Shown here: positions 25,241 through 39,260 of the stretch, one piece after another | Position numbering within the stretch: the stretch's first letter is position 1 | Layout of the letters: each line of letters starts with the position of its first letter | Source of the DNA: Squalus acanthias | Taxonomy: Eukaryota | Direction of reading: 5' to 3' | DNA length: 64,000 nucleotides | NCBI GenBank assembly: GCA_030390025.1 | Contig: CM059432.1 | Location: 91,080,001-91,144,000, forward strand | Position numbers and translations under genes: made by a program | The notes under the pieces: model-generated | Databases searched by the model: none | The model's input: the letters and a program-made list of their open reading frames with translations, nothing else | Told to the model about the DNA's origin: nothing

Positions 25241-26985
25241 AGTATCTCTTTAACCTTCAAGGCCTGTGACAGCACAAGATTTCCCACCCATGAAAGAGAG
25301 AGCTCACATTCATGCTGGGAACTTGCCCATTCAATGCCAATTCGGCTGACCCTGAAAATAAAACCATGGTCAGCGCACTAATTGTTGGACACATGCTAAT
25401 TATACCCCATCTGACTTCTCATCAGAAGTTCAATTTGAAAATCTATGCTAATTTGTCACTTCCATATGACTACAATGTTGTCCAGTAAAGTGACATTGCA
25501 ATAAACATTCTGCATCATGTGATTGCAGTTGCTAATCTAGCTTGCCTAATGCCTAAATTCTAATTTCTTTGAGGAAGTGAGTATGCATGTTATAATTGTG
25601 GCTGTTCTGTTAGGTGGCATAATGAGATAGAGTACTGTTGTTTTCCCTCTGGATCACAGTTCAAATCTAGTGCAGACAGATGGGATGAAATTCTTCTTTC
25701 TTTGATGGTTGTTAAAAGTCCCAGATGATCTGAGCTTGTGCAGTCAGCACCCAGATCCCTGTGGGCACAATTCACAATACAGAAGCAGCCATAATTTGGC
25801 ACTAATTGGCACTAATTGGGTAAGCTGAATTGAAGAGAGCATGAGGATAAATGTTATGGGAAATAAAAATGTCACACTTATGCAGGATGGGCTGCTTCGA
25901 GACATTATTATTGGAACAGTAGAGGGAAAGCTGAACATCACATCTATACTGTGTTAGAGCAGATCCAAGAGTGTTTGATGTTGGTACTGATGCAGAAAGT
26001 GAAAATGTTACAATCCCTACCATTGATATCCCTTTGGTTCACATGAAACATAAAATTCCAAATATATATCTATGTTGTGTTCTACCTGCATATCTTGATA
26101 TAGCTAGGATGCTTCTTTGATCAGCATTCAGTCATCTAATTTCCGGAACATATATTAATAATTAATAACTTCATTGTCAATACCATAGCGACTCCAACCA
26201 ATTTCCTATTCAAGACCAAAACCAATAGTATAATGAGAGAGAAGCAGATAAAATTCCTGCCTACTCAAAAAAAAAACAGGCCACTCCACTACACAATACT
26301 ATAGTTTCAGGAGATGTAATAGTCAATATTGAATTTTTTAACTAAGGCCGTTGTACTTTCAAGTCATGGTATGCTTTGATTTGTGTCTAGGTTTAGCATT
26401 TTTAAGTGAAGACATGACTGTTTCCTTATTAGGTACCTGCAGCCTTATTTTATGTTATTTAAAGCCCATATATATATTTTCTGATTTTTCTTTTGCTGAA
26501 AATCTGAAATGCATTTGAATACAAAGTGAGAATATGTATATAGCAGTTTGAGGATTACAGTATAGGCTGTACTGTTATTATAGTAACTACACTTTGAGTA
26601 GTACTGCAGCTGGATGCTCCACTTCTACTCCTACTCCTCCTCTGCTTTAAGAGTTTTCAAACCAAACCACTGAGAAAAACACATAGCTAGAGGGGTAGAA
26701 ATTGGACCTCGAGGGCCAATTTCGGGGAACAATGTCCTATGCCCCAAGGACACCTGAAAGACAAATGACCCAATATTGCGTTAAGCGTTAGGCCGTGTAT
26801 ATGTAAATGAGGGGCCTAATGGCTGTTTTCGGACCCCTCTCCTAAATTGAGTTGCCATGAGCGGGGGGCATCCTCCACTCAGGATTCTTTATTGGCCGCT
26901 GTGGCCTGAGCAGTGACTGAAATTAAAAGGTAAGTGTTCTTGTTTTTAAAACCTTCCTCTGGAGCCCCACTTACCTAAATCCAGA

Positions 26986-27803
26986 GGGGGAGAAATTCGG
27001 TATCGCCCCGTTTGGAGCGCAATTATCGGCTGGGCGCAAAGTTTAGCGCCTGGCGCTATTTATCGCCTCTGACTGAAAATTTGGCTTCTATCGCCCCTGG
27101 AGGTGATTTGAGCGCTAAATCAGGCGCTACACACCTCTCAAGGCGCTAACGCCGAGGAGCGAGACGCTAACTCAGCGCTGGCGAAGCTCATGTGATGTCA
27201 GTCAGCAATGGAACACAGACACACTGGCGCCGGCCAGTTCTTAAAGGGGAGGGTCGATCTTGCTCTCCATCCACACCCTGCTCATTGCAGCCTTGAATCT
27301 CAGCCTGGAGAGACCTGTACATCAAATCTGCTGGAAAGAACAATGGCGAGGCCCAGGGAAAGAGCTCAGAGTGCAAGGAAGGTCAAATCAAAATGAACCT
27401 GCAAAGTGCTGCTCAGTACCCAAAACTCCTTCACACAGCGTTGAATCTCTCCAGAAGTCTGTCTCAGAATGCGTGGTGCAAAAATGTGGCCGACAAAAAA
27501 AGGCAGGAAGCAGTCGCCTTTAAATAGCGCTCCCCCAGTCCCTTCCCGACTGCAAAACGTTCCCCTCTACCTGTCATTGCTAGCGGCAGGTGGAAAGGCA
27601 GGGGGCGCCACTCAATATCCGGTCCAGGGCGTTGCACGCTCGAATGACGTCACGATCTGCGGGCGCAGGAGATCATGGCGGTAGTGGTCAGCGCCGCCGC
27701 AAAATGTCTGGTCAATTTCGCGAGCGGCGCAAACATCGCCAAGCCCAGGCACTAGTTGCTTTGCGCCCCATTCGGGAGGCGCAAAGCAACCGAATTTTCC
27801 CCC
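26986..27803. mobile_element. 818-bp internal-deletion derivative (MITE) of the Harbinger family at 52655-56753
   Basis: TIR gggggagaaattcgg / ccgaattttccccc. TSD AGA. The left part matches the reverse complement of about 56370-56753 and the right part matches about 52655-53100. Confidence 0.92.
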
Positions 27804-28689
27804 AGAGAGTTTAATCTCGGCTTAGCAAGAACCAAGCCTTAGTCAATTATATGTAGGGTTACTCCTGGAGTTTACGTAGTACTTGGTAAACATCCCGCTG
27901 CTAAGACCAACCTATCTGTTCCAACATGGACTCGCAGGTTTATTTTGAGCCAAGTGAGAAGAACCAGTGACAGACGTACCCTTCTAAGTCCTACCATTGA
28001 GTCAGACTGGCTACGCAATCATCATCTGTGGACCTGCCTGGCTCAAAATACTGATTTACTGAGTCTGCCACACAGAAATTAAAATGGACACTTCAAGCCT
28101 CTGAAGTCAATTTAATTCTAGGCCAAAATAAAATACAAATTTCAGCTGCTTGACAAGAGTCATAGGAGCTGAAAATATGTCGCAATCACATCCCGGCATA
28201 GGTGCTGGAATGTAGCTCCTGGACTTTCTGGGGTAAGGGGGAGATTCCCTCGGTTGCATCCCAATGGCTGATGTCAGCATCACTTGGGGCACATCTGGGG
28301 CACTGGTTGGCAGTTCTGGGCGGCGGTGCTGGGTGCCACCCTGGAATGAACAGAAAGGTGCCCCCTCAAACCATCTATGTAAGAGGGTTAATACGGCTCT
28401 TAAAAATTTACCTACTCAATCATCAACTCCAGACCTGGGTCTGAACCTCCATGTGGGGCCCACTTCCACCATTTGGTGACTTGGTTTCACTAGGCATACA
28501 AGTCATCAGTGATCTGCCTGGCTACTGAGAAGCCAGGGGACATGCGAACTCTTGGCAGTGCAAGTCCCCGGCCGTCATACACCAATGCCCTTATTTGTGA
28601 TGGGTTGCGGCTTTGCCCTTAACAATAGTCAGAGGAAACTCCCAGGGAAGATCAATTTTTATGTCTTAGGTATGACTAGTAGAAATCAA

Positions 28690-29060
28690 CAGGGGAATGA
28701 GGGAGAAGAGACAGAGAGACTATGGGGTACAAATTTGAAGATGATATATGGAAAGAAGAAAAAGAAAGTGAGAAGCAGATCAGACCAAGGGGAGAGATGA
28801 GCTTATTTGGGAGGGAGAAAGATGAAATTGTGGGGAGCAAGAAGCTAAAGGAAAGAGGGAGAGAGATAGGGGCAGGGAAATAGTGGGGGAGATCAATAGA
28901 ATGTGGAGAGAGGCAGATGGTGAGGAGAGAAGAAATTTGTGAGGTAAAAAGAATTGTGGAGGTCTGTGGTTGAAAGAAAAATGGGGATGGAAAGAGAGAC
29001 AGATTTTAGGATAGCATGTTAGATGGGGAAAAAGACAGAAACATGACAGAGGTAAGGAAA
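28690..29060 (+). repeat. Purine-rich (AG) low-complexity tract
   Basis: Base composition, visible directly. Confidence 0.6.
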
Positions 29061-29415
29061 AGATGTGTATTTATGTGTGTGTGCACGTCAGAGAGAGATG
29101 GCAGTATTAATGATATGGCATGTGTCAGAGGTTGTGGGTGAGGTCAAAGGCTATGCAGGGCTGAGGGCCTTTCTTAACAAATTCCATATTAGCCACTACT
29201 GATGAAAGCTTACACTCTGATTTTGATGAAACTACAGGTCATTTCCAGCATTTTCCATTTTGTTTGAGTAATAGTAAGCATGTGCCTACAGTGACTGTGA
29301 GCTTAGCCAGTTGTAACGAAGCATTAGATTGCTATTTTAGCTCTCTGATGGAAGCATTCTAATGATTACACTGACTAAAGGTTGTTTGAATATGCTTATA
29401 ACATTCAGATATTGA

Positions 29416-29612
29416 GGTTGATTTCTCGATTAGGTGCTCTTGCAGCTCTCACAGAAAGTGTTGGTTGAGAAATCGTGGGCCCGCAGCCTCTGATCTTTCT
29501 GTCCATTAATTTAAATGGATGGAAAATCAGAGATTGTGGGCCCACAATTTCCTGGAAAACACTCTGTGTGTGTGTTGCTCCTCACTGGGCGCGTCGTTCT
29601 GGGAATCCGCCC
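29416..29612. mobile_element. Palindromic hairpin MITE
   Basis: gaaatcgtgggcccgcagcctctgat..tccatt and aatgga..atcagagattgtgggcccacaatttc are inverted arms around about 29510. Confidence 0.65.
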
Positions 29613-31256
29613 CAATATCTGGCGTATTCTAAGCCTTATGCCATCAGCCAGCTTTTGGCCCTAATGGGGTAAATGTCCAAAAGATCTTTAAAGTAGGGGA
29701 TTAACATATGGTGGCAGGGAGGAATCCATTCTCAATTAATTATAGATGGACTCCAGAAGGCCCAAGCTTGATGGGCCAACTGTCCTTTTCTCACTCCAAA
29801 CTTTCTTATCCTCTTCATGCCTCAATGTGAGCAAGCGCTGTGCAATTATTTTGTGAGGAAGGAGGCCAAATAATTTTCTTTATGGATCTAACTTGATGAA
29901 TGCTCTTCTCCAGAGCTGTTTTATTTTAAAATACTATCAGAAACCCTGGTTTTCTATATCATAGTTCGATGGGTCTGGATACAAATCACTGGTGGGACAA
30001 TTTATACAACTTTCAAGTCAGAAAGGTTATGTGATTAAAGGAAAGTAAATTTCTTTGACAACATACTTGGAGTTGTTAGTCTTGCTTAGATGGTCACTTT
30101 AAGCAAATTACATCTAATTACTTGCTGAACAACTCCCAGAGGGAGAGAGGAGAGTGCGGGTGGAAGGATTCATCTATTTCCTTATTTCTGAAAACTAGCT
30201 GAAATCGTAATTTATTACCCTTGTATCAAAATAAATTATAATAAGTGCTGCAACCTTTGGTAACAGTAACTGACACGCTGGCAATGGATTTCCTTACATT
30301 GTGAGTTCTGAATGGTGCATGTACCTGAGGCAAGACAATGACAATAAATCAGTAAACCATGCTAAAAACAAAAATCCATCAACTCCATTAAATTTTAAAC
30401 TGGCTATTCCTAAATTGGTTTAATGCCCTAAATGGTAGGCACTTACATCCATAATGATGCATTGCAGTTGGTGTATCTTTCTCTGAACAAATTATATCGT
30501 TTTATTTGATTTTTAAAAAATATAATGGTAATGGAAGGAGCATTACACATTGTTAAATGTTATTACATCATGTAAGTGCCCTTACATGTATTTGAGTAAA
30601 TGTGGTTAATATAGGAAGTCTTAATCTTATTTTGATTGTCAACTGTCCACACATAAGTGGTTGTGCGCAGAATGCTAATCTGACCTCATTAAACTGTCAC
30701 AGGGTTATAAGATCAGAGTATCCAGTGAATATTGGGAACAAATACTATATTTGGTGCTTACATTATTACAATATTAGGCCTCCAGGGGAATTGCCTGTTT
30801 AATGGTTGTAAAATACATAGATAATATCATACAATGACAGTAAATTTATTGGTTTTTTTGTAAACAATAAACAGAAAGAGTCAAATCAAACCACAAGAAG
30901 TGGTACACAAGGATAAAAATTGCATTAACAACAGAAATATACATAATGAATTAACAAAGAAGTAGCTCCACTATCTCATTTGCGGATGAACAGACAAATC
31001 ATAAGCCTTGGTGAACCATAACAGTATTTTTTCTCCAAAACAACTATAGCTTTCTTTAATTTACTCGCAGTAACAAGAGTCAATAAATTATCTGTAACTA
31101 TCTCATCTCTCTGCAATCTACTCAATATTCTAAATCCACAGAAAATCATCTTTACTGATAGAATATGAAAAATAATACAAGAATATTTATGAAGCTAGGA
31201 AGGCCTAGTACCAGAAAATACTCCAGTTGTTGCATTTATCCCACATGCAAACTACA

Positions 31257-32298
31257 ATAACAACAACAACTTGTATTTATATGGCGCCTTTAACATAGTA
31301 AAATGTCCCAAGGCGCTTCACAGGAGCATTAGCAAACAAAATTTGACACCGAGCCATATAAGAAGATATTAACGCAGGAAAGAGGTCAGTTTTAAGGAAC
31401 ATCTTAAAGGAGAAAAGAGAGGTAGTGAGGCAGAGAGGTTTAGCTAGGGCATTCCAGAGCTTAGGGTCTAGGCAGCTGAAGGCATGGCTGCCAAATGGTG
31501 GAGCGATAAAAATCGGGGATGCTCAAGAGGCCAGAATTAGAGGAGCGCAGTTATCGCAGAGGTTTGTAGGGCTGGGGGAGATTACAAGGATAGGAAGGGA
31601 TGAGGCCATGGATGGATTTGAAAACAAAGATGAGAATTTTAAATCAAGGCTTTGCTTAACCGGGACCCAACGTAGGTCAGCGAGCACAGGGGTGATGGGT
31701 GAACGGAACTTGGTGCGAGTTAGGAGATGGGCAGCTGAGTTTTGGATGACCTCAAGTTTACAGAGGGTAGAATGTGGGAGGCTGCCCAGGAGTGTGTTGG
31801 AATAGTCAAGTCTAGAGTTAACAAAGGCATGGATGAAGGTTTCAGCAGAAGATGAGCTGAGGCAGAGGCGGAGACAGATGATGTTACGGAGGTGGAAATA
31901 GGCGGTCTTAGTGATGGCATGGATATGTGATTGGAGGCTCATCTCGGGGTCAAATATGACACCAAGGTTGCGAACAGTCTGGTTCAGCCTTAGACAGTTT
32001 CCAGGGAGGGATGGAGTCGGGCTAGGGAACGGAATTTGTGGCAGGGACCGAGAAGGATTTGGTCTTCGCAGTATTTAGTTGGAGGAAATTTCTGCCCATC
32101 TGGTACTGGATGTCAGATAAGCAGTCTGACAATTTAGAGACTGTGGAGGAGTCGAGAGAAGTGGTGCTGAGGTAGAACTGGGTGTCGGCAGCGTACATGT
32201 GGAAACTGATGCTGTCTTTTCGGTGATGTCGCCGAGGGGCAGCATGTAAATGAGAAATAGGAGTGGGCCAAGCATAGATCCTTGGGGGATACCAGAGA
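31257..32298 (-). mobile_element. L2 LINE 3' fragment
   Basis: LGPLLFLIYMLPLG, TAYFHLRNI, IHAFVNSRLDYSN, IQNSAA, ITPVLADLRW. (AAC)n tail at about 31258. Confidence 0.9.
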
Positions 32299-33019
32299 TA
32301 AATTTGGGAATAATTTATGGAGTTGCTCTAACAGAATGTTTGTTCAGTTCCGGTGCTTCTTCCAGAAAGTATTCCTTACATAGGTCACTGTAACAAAAAC
32401 CAATGTACAGCTCAGGGATTAAGTCACGCTGGGGTGCATTTTCCAATACAGGTGCTAAAGTGATGAGCCATGTAGTAGTTAGCTTTGTGCTGGGCCAACC
32501 TCACAGGATTTCCCAAGGGCAGGAAAGGGAGTTTGTGGCCAATTGATGTTCTGGTGAAGTGGAGGTACTGCTGTATGAGTTGGGTGCAAGGAGGGTTACC
32601 CCATTTAGCTCTCCAGTACACACTCCACAGCAGTGGTAGTAGGTAGCAGCCCAGATCAACATTGTGAACAGCAGCCATATGATCTGGGAACAAATGTAGA
32701 AGAAGACACAACTTCCTTTATTGCTGTCGTGCCAAGTCCTAACACACATTATAGCTCTTTCATTGTTTCTTGCATACCCATACTCCAGTAGGGCACACAT
32801 TCAAGGTGCAACTTTACAACTGACACTTTTGACACATACATCTTCAAACAGCTTTATAGGGGCTGGTTATGTAATTGGGTGTGCAAGTAGCAATAGTGTC
32901 AGTTGGGATGGTGTGGTGGCAGCTGATTTTGGCACCACATTAAAATAAGGAAAATGAGCTTTCCTTAGCTAATAATGCAATATTAGCTATGGACATTACT
33001 TGCACGATGTGCAATGGTT

Positions 33020-33450
33020 CTATTGGTATTTACAGCACAGAAACAGGCCATTCAGCCCAACAGGTCCATGCTGGTGTTTATGCTCTACACAAGCCTCCTC
33101 TCACCATGCTTCATCTAACTCCATCAACATATCCTTCTATTCCTTTCTCCCTCATATGTTCATCTAGCTTCCCCTTAAATGCATCTATGCTATTCACCTC
33201 AACTACTTCTTGTAGTAGCAAGTTCCTCATTCTAACCACTCTCTGGGTAAAGAAGTTCCTCCTGAATTTCCTATTGGATTTATTAGTGATTATCTTATAT
33301 TTATAGTCCCAAGTTCTGGTCTTGTCCGCAAGTGGAAACATCTCTTTATCTACCCTATCAAACCCTTTCATAATCTTTAAAGACCTCTATCAGGTCACAC
33401 CTCAGACTTCTCTTTTCTAGAGAAAAGAGCCCCGGCTTGTTCAATCTTGG
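33020..33450 (-). mobile_element. CR1 3' fragment
   Basis: MKGFDRVD...RRNFFTQRVV. Tail acagcacagaaacaggccattcagccc. Confidence 0.85.
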
Positions 33451-35121
33451 AACTGCATAATCTACCCCATAAAATCCTTGTAACGCAAGTTAGCAGCATA
33501 ATAAATGGTTACTTACACATACACACACACACACACACATAATGGGCCTGCAGGATGGTTGCATAGCTGCTATCATTGCTCATTGGACAGCCATATCATG
33601 CTGCTATTGCTGTTCAGTGGGAAAGGAGATGAAGGTGCTGCCCATGTTAATATATTCATTAGCCACCTATTTGAGACCTAAGTGGGCAGCACATTGGCAG
33701 ATGATTCCCTACGCTGGTCTGGAAGGAGGTGGAGACAAAAGGTTGAGCAAGGAGATGACCTTGAGTACCCGAACAGTGCTGTCCCTATGGTGCAGGTTGG
33801 CTGCAGTTGTCTTTCCATATGAGCCCGCAGAGCCAGTTCCGCACAATCATTGCTAGATAGGTGTGCTAGGCTCTGCAGATATAGTTTGCATAATGGTGGT
33901 TGCAAGCAGTCCTGTCCTGGTCCGGCTTATCTCTCTGACATGCTGCCTTTCACCCTCAATCACTTTAACCGTGAAATACTGTATTTTGGGCACTTCAAAA
34001 GTTTTTGAATTCACACTCCCAGCAAGGAGCATCACCCACTGGGTGCACAAATCAGGAACATATCAGAAATATAAATATGAGTTGCCCATGAGTTTTTTGA
34101 CCATTTAAATGAATGGTTGGAGAATCACGTGCAGCATGTACTCGAATTTCCAATACGTTCTCTCAGTGGGTGTAACTCCCCATTGGGAGCATAAAATCAG
34201 AAAATTACATTTCTTTATTGAAATGAATATGTAAATTTTTTTAATGTAATTAGATATTAATATTCAACAAAATTCATCAAGCCATTTCAATTATAATAAC
34301 TCTCCACGTTAAAATAGTAATAAGCAATCTGTAAAATTTTGACAATTAATAGATATCTTATGGAACAATAACATTCGCAGATTTATAAGAACTAGGTAGA
34401 GTACATGTCTGCTATAATTCAAAATTTTCTTGCTGTTCATGGCCTCAATTGATTGATATTGTAAGCCAAATCTTTGCCATGCTCCTTATATTATCTGTTC
34501 AACCCATGGCCCCATCCAATATGACGGTTCTTATGAAAAGAGGGGAGCAGTTTAATTTTGGAAAAAACAATTAAGGTATAGGCCGGAATCTTTATCTGAG
34601 CGTTGGGGCGGGTGTGTGCGGGCTGTGTAGCGGGTCGCCATCCCGAACTTTTTAACAGCGCGCTACACTGTGCGATTAACTCAATTACACCAATTGAAAC
34701 AGTCATGCGGGTTTCCCAGCCCAGTTTAATGGAGCGGGTCCGCTGACGTCACCGATGATTCGTTTTCAGCTCAGATATTTAAAGCAGCCTTGCACACATC
34801 CCAGTTGAACATTGTTGGAGGAGAGATAAAGGTGGTTGGTAGAGGTGGAAATTGCTGGATATCACAGAGATTTGTGTGGGTCATGGAGTCGCACAGACAG
34901 ACAGCTGCGCCCAGATTCACTGATGCCTCCCTGGAAGTGCTGGTCCAGGGGGTCAGAGCATGCAGGGAGGTCCTGTTCCCTGCGGATGGGCACAAAAGAC
35001 CAGCCAGAGACACCAAGGATCGCGGAGGAGGTCAGCAGCAGGGATGTCATAAGGCGGTCCTGGATCCAGTGCCAGAAAAGATTTAATGATCTCATGAGGT
35101 CAGGAAAGCTGAGTGCAATGT

Positions 35122-35550
35122 CATAGAAACATAGAAACTAGGAGCAGGAGTAGGCCATTCGGCCCGTCGAGCCTGCTCCACCATTCAATACGATCATGGC
35201 TGATCATCCAAATCCAGTACCCTGTCCCTGCTTTAATCCCCACAGTACACATATCCCACCCGACCCCCGTAACCCCACGTATTTAATTCCCCCTAACATA
35301 TCCCATCCTATCCCCATAACCCCACATATTTAATCCCCCCCTAACACTAAGGGTCAATTTATCATTGCCAAATCAACCTAACCCGCACATTTTTGGACAG
35401 TGGGAGGAAACCGGAGCACCCGGAGGAAACCCACGCAGACACGGGGAGAATGTGCAAACTCCACACAGACAGTCACCCGAGGTCAGATTCGAACCCGGGT
35501 CTCTGGCGCTGTGAGGCACCAGTGCTAACCACTATGCCACCGTGTTGCCC
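35122..35550 (-). mobile_element. HE1-like V-SINE (tRNA head, V domain, CR1-derived tail), full length
   Basis: Minus-strand A box tggcatagtgg and B box ggttcgaatc. V domain gtggagtttgcacattctccccgtgtctgcgtgggtttcctccgggtgctccgg. Tail matches the CR1 at 437-520. Confidence 0.9.
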
Positions 35551-36343
35551 TATTCAACTACATCCTGATGTGCGTGTCACCCCAACCCCATCACTCTGCC
35601 TTCCCAAGCCTATTCCTGTACATCAATCCTCACACGAACCTACCTTGCAAGGTGCACCCATCCCTCACTGTCTCTGCACCTACTCACATTCCCATCTGAC
35701 TAACCACCACTGACACTCACCCTCATCCTAAAGCAATCATAGAAAGTAACGCCACAGAAGGAGGCCATTTGGCAATGTCACGCCACTCCCTCAGTCACCC
35801 TCTACAGATGTAGCCCATCTATTCCTTACACTCATTCCATCACTCTCACTCAAAGTTCTCTTCTTTCCCTCCTTGCAGGAGAAAAGAGACCAGAAAAACA
35901 GGGAGAGGCAACGAACCGGAGGTGGCCCTCCAATGTTCACCAACTTGACTCCAGCAGAGGAAGAGGTACTTGAAATCACTGGAGTTGTAGAGCTGCTGGC
36001 GGTGGGAGACAGAGAGAGGGGGACCTCCCAGCAACCTGGTGACAGAATTAAATCTCATACAGCCACATGGCATACAACAGTCACTCATGGTGACTTGATG
36101 TCAGAAGCCAGTGAAATGTCATCATGTGCATAACAGTAACGTTACACATTGTTATCATAAGACTTCTAATTCATCTCTTTACTCTCCCACAGGTCCATCA
36201 ATTGCCCCCCCCAACCACTGTACAGCCAGGGAAGGAAGACGACTCCTCAGAGGAAGCTCCACTCTCTGAGGATGCACCGTCAGCAGACCCATGCCCACCC
36301 AGATCCAACGCAGATATGCGCACCTTGTTGGGTACAGCGAGAC

Positions 36344-36465
36344 ATAAAGAAAGAAAGAAAGACTTGCATTTACATAGCGCCTTTCACGACCACCGGACGT
36401 CTCAAAGTGATTTACAACCAATGAAGTACTTTTAAAGTGGAGTCACTGTTGTAATGTGGGAATAG
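36344..36465 (-). mobile_element. Deu-SINE/L2-type 3' tail fragment inside Myb exon 3
   Basis: aaagaaagacttgcatttacatagcgcc...ccaatgaagtactttt is the reverse complement of about 59460-59560. Confidence 0.8.
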
Positions 36466-37571
36466 TGTTGTCACCTGCTGTCTCACTGATGACAAGTGAG
36501 CAAGAGTAGATGGTGGAGACAGGGACAGCAGTGGAGAGTCCTCGCCGGAGGGTGTAGGACACTCCCAGCTCTGCTGAGCTGCATGCAGATGCTGAACCTC
36601 GGGGGCCATCGAGAAAGAGGGTGATCTTGGAGGAGCAGCAACAATGCACGAGGTTCTGGCAGCTTTTGTAGCCGCAATATGTGCGACTGTACAGAGAATG
36701 GGGGGCGTCCACCTCCAACATGAGCACCACCATCTCGCAGGCATTAGTGATGATGTGCTGTTGCTTGGAAAGGATGGCCACTTGCATGGAGCAGCAAATG
36801 CGTCAGTCAAACGAGAACATGCTTGCTGTGAACAACAGCTTGCAGACACTCATTGACCTCATCTCGAGGAGGGATACCAATGTAGACTTGGGCGTTCATC
36901 ACCCCACTGATGTGCAGCAAGGTGCTCTCCAGCTCCCTGCTGGCAGGGAAGTGTGGGTGACTCATGAGAGGGATCATGGTGAGAGGGGACATGGAAGTGG
37001 GGGCTCTTCTCAAAATGCTTCCACTTATCCCCCATTGCCTCCCCCTCAGTCAGAGCCCCACATGCTGCCTCAGATCCCGATGGCCGAGTCTGCCCCTGCA
37101 CAGTTGCAGGAGGAGCAGTCTTTGGTGGGGCTGTCACAGGCTCCAAAATCCAGAGGACATCCACCAAAAATGTCAAAGCAGTCGCAGCAGAAAAGTGAGC
37201 AGCCTGCCTATACCTCTGCTGAAGCCACGGGGTTGCACCTCGTAGAAGCACGTGGAAACTAAAAAAGACAGAATCATAAAAGCACAAGGGTATGCACATG
37301 GGTGTTTGACAAAATGTTAATGTTAAGTTTCAGTTATATTTCTGACGCACATAAATTTATTTCTTTGCATACTTTCCCGTCTTGTTCATTTCTGCTTGCT
37401 ACCTGGGAAGTGGCTTTGTCACTTGGAGTGAATGGTGAGACATTAATTAACCTCAAGCAATGGTGACAGGAATAGCTTAGTCATTATAGGACTGCTTTGT
37501 GATGTTGTGGGGCGGGGGGAGGGGGGGAGTTAGTACAGCATCTGGGAACCATATGGGTACACTGGTGCTTG

Positions 37572-38805
37572 TTAAGTAAGTCAGGCCGTTATGAGTCCAT
37601 GCCGGGCCTCCCGGGCAGCAATGTGTGCCACTGCTGGTGCTATCTCCACCAGGTTCCTCCTCCTCCTCCTCGTGTTCCACCTTTCCTCCTCCTCCTCCGA
37701 AGAGGCTCTGCACTCTGCGCCATGCTCCTCCTGCAGCTCCAATCCTCGCTGCTGCGCTGTGTTGTGCAGCCGCAGCATACAACGATGATTCTGGAGACCC
37801 TGGCTGGTGCGTACTGAAGGGCTCCTCCAGATCTGTCGAGGCATCTGAAGCGCATCTTCAGCATGCTGATTGCTTGCTCAATGACACAACTGGTGGACAT
37901 GTGGCTGTCATTATAGTGCTCCTCGGCCTCATTGCTTGGCTTCCTCAAGGGTGTCATCAACCACGTCTTCAGTGGATAGTCCTTGTCTCCAAGCAGCCAG
38001 CCGGGAAGTCTGTTTGGAGGTCCAAACAGCTGAGGGAGAGTGGACTGGCGCAGCATGAAAGAGTCATGACAGCTGCCAGGAAATCTGGCGCACACATGCA
38101 TGATGATCTTATTATGGTTGCAGATGAGCTGCACATTGAGGGAGTGGAAGCCCTTGCAGTTCACAAACACTGCTGGGTGATGTAGGGGTGTCTTGCTGGC
38201 CACATGTGTGCAGTCGATGATGCCCTGCTCCAGTGGGAAGCCAGCCAGAGCCGCAAAGCCGAGCGCCCGTTCAGTAACACTGGCTTCATCAGTGGCAAAG
38301 TTGACATAATTGGCTGACTTGTGAAACATGGCTTCGGTCATCTGGGTGATGCATCTGTGGGCGGCCGACTGCGAGATCCCGCAAATGTCTGCTACAGATC
38401 CCTGGAAGGAGCCTGAGGCGAAGAAGTTGAGGGCGGTGGTGACTTTGACAGCCACTGGTAAGGCGTGTCCACCAGGTCCTCTGGGCAGCAGGTCTTCTTC
38501 CAGCAAGCTACAAATGTCTGCCACAACCTGACACGATACCTGAGCCTCCTGAGGCACTGGTGTTCAGTCATGTCCAGGAAGCTCATCCTCTGCCTGTATA
38601 CCCTGTGTTGGGGTTATCGCCTCCAGCGTGGTGCACACCTGTGCTGACCCTCTCTGTCCTGTGGAGCATCAGATCGTTGAGGAGAAGGCTGCTGGTGTGG
38701 TTGCTGCTGCTGGTGTGGTTGCTGCTGCTGGTGTGGTTGCTGCTGCTGGGGCTCATCTTGGTCCGAATCTGAGGTCCAAGGTGAAACAGCATAAGCGGCA
38801 CCCAT
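37572..38805 (-). pseudogene. HARBI1-like DDE transposase of H1, frameshifted
   Basis: Start [82 protein letters not shown]. Poly-E C-terminus. Confidence 0.9.
38688..38748. repeat. 21-bp tandem repeat x3 (encodes QQQQPHQ in the nuclease N-terminus)
   Basis: gctgctggtgtggttgctgct repeated. Confidence 0.85.
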
Positions 38806-38938
38806 GCTGATCTGCTAGATGCCAGGTAAAGTGGAGATCAGTGGCACAATCCTCCAATGTAGTGAGAGTGACTAGCAATGTAGTGAGAGTGGCTTCCGAG
38901 GTTGCAGAAATCACCTGCAAACTCCTGAAAGCCAACAG

Positions 38939-39260
38939 AAATATGGAAAAATAGGAGCAGGAGTAGGCCATTCGGCCCTTCGAGCCTGCTCCGCCCTTCA
39001 ATATGACCATGGCTGATCCTCTATCTCAATACCATATTCTTGCTCTCTCCCCATACCCCTTGATGCCTTTTGTGTCCAGAAATCTATCTATCTCCTTCTT
39101 AAATATATTCAGTGACTTGGCCGCCACAGCTGTCTGTGGTAGAGAATTCCAGAGGTTCACCACCCTCTGAGTGAAGAAATTTCTCCTCATCTCAGTCCTA
39201 AATGTCCTACCCCGTATCCTGAGACTGTGACCCCTCGTTCTAGACCCCCCCATCCAGGAG
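38939..39260 (-). mobile_element. CR1 3' fragment nested in H1
   Basis: RTRGHSLRIRG...FFTQRVVNLWNSLP, followed by the CR1 tail. Confidence 0.9.

Larger units (their letters stand above)
34883..37262 (+). pseudogene. Harbinger Myb/SANT-like gene, 3 exons (34883-35108, 35879-36038, 36193-37262), disabled
   Basis: APRFTDASLEVLV..REVLFP, RSWIQCQKRFNDL, EK...RERQRTGGGP. ttgcag and ccacag acceptors. Donor 1 reads ctgagt. Frameshift in exon 1 and a SINE tail in exon 3. Confidence 0.82.

Noticed and set aside
29195..29270. Additional hammerhead-like ctgatgaaag near a pseudo-LTR-like atttccagcatttt
   Set aside because: Stem II and GAAAC cannot be formed; at best a decayed fragment.
35480..35550. tRNA gene (also about 58732-58800)
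   Set aside because: The A and B boxes are SINE heads followed by SINE bodies and tails.
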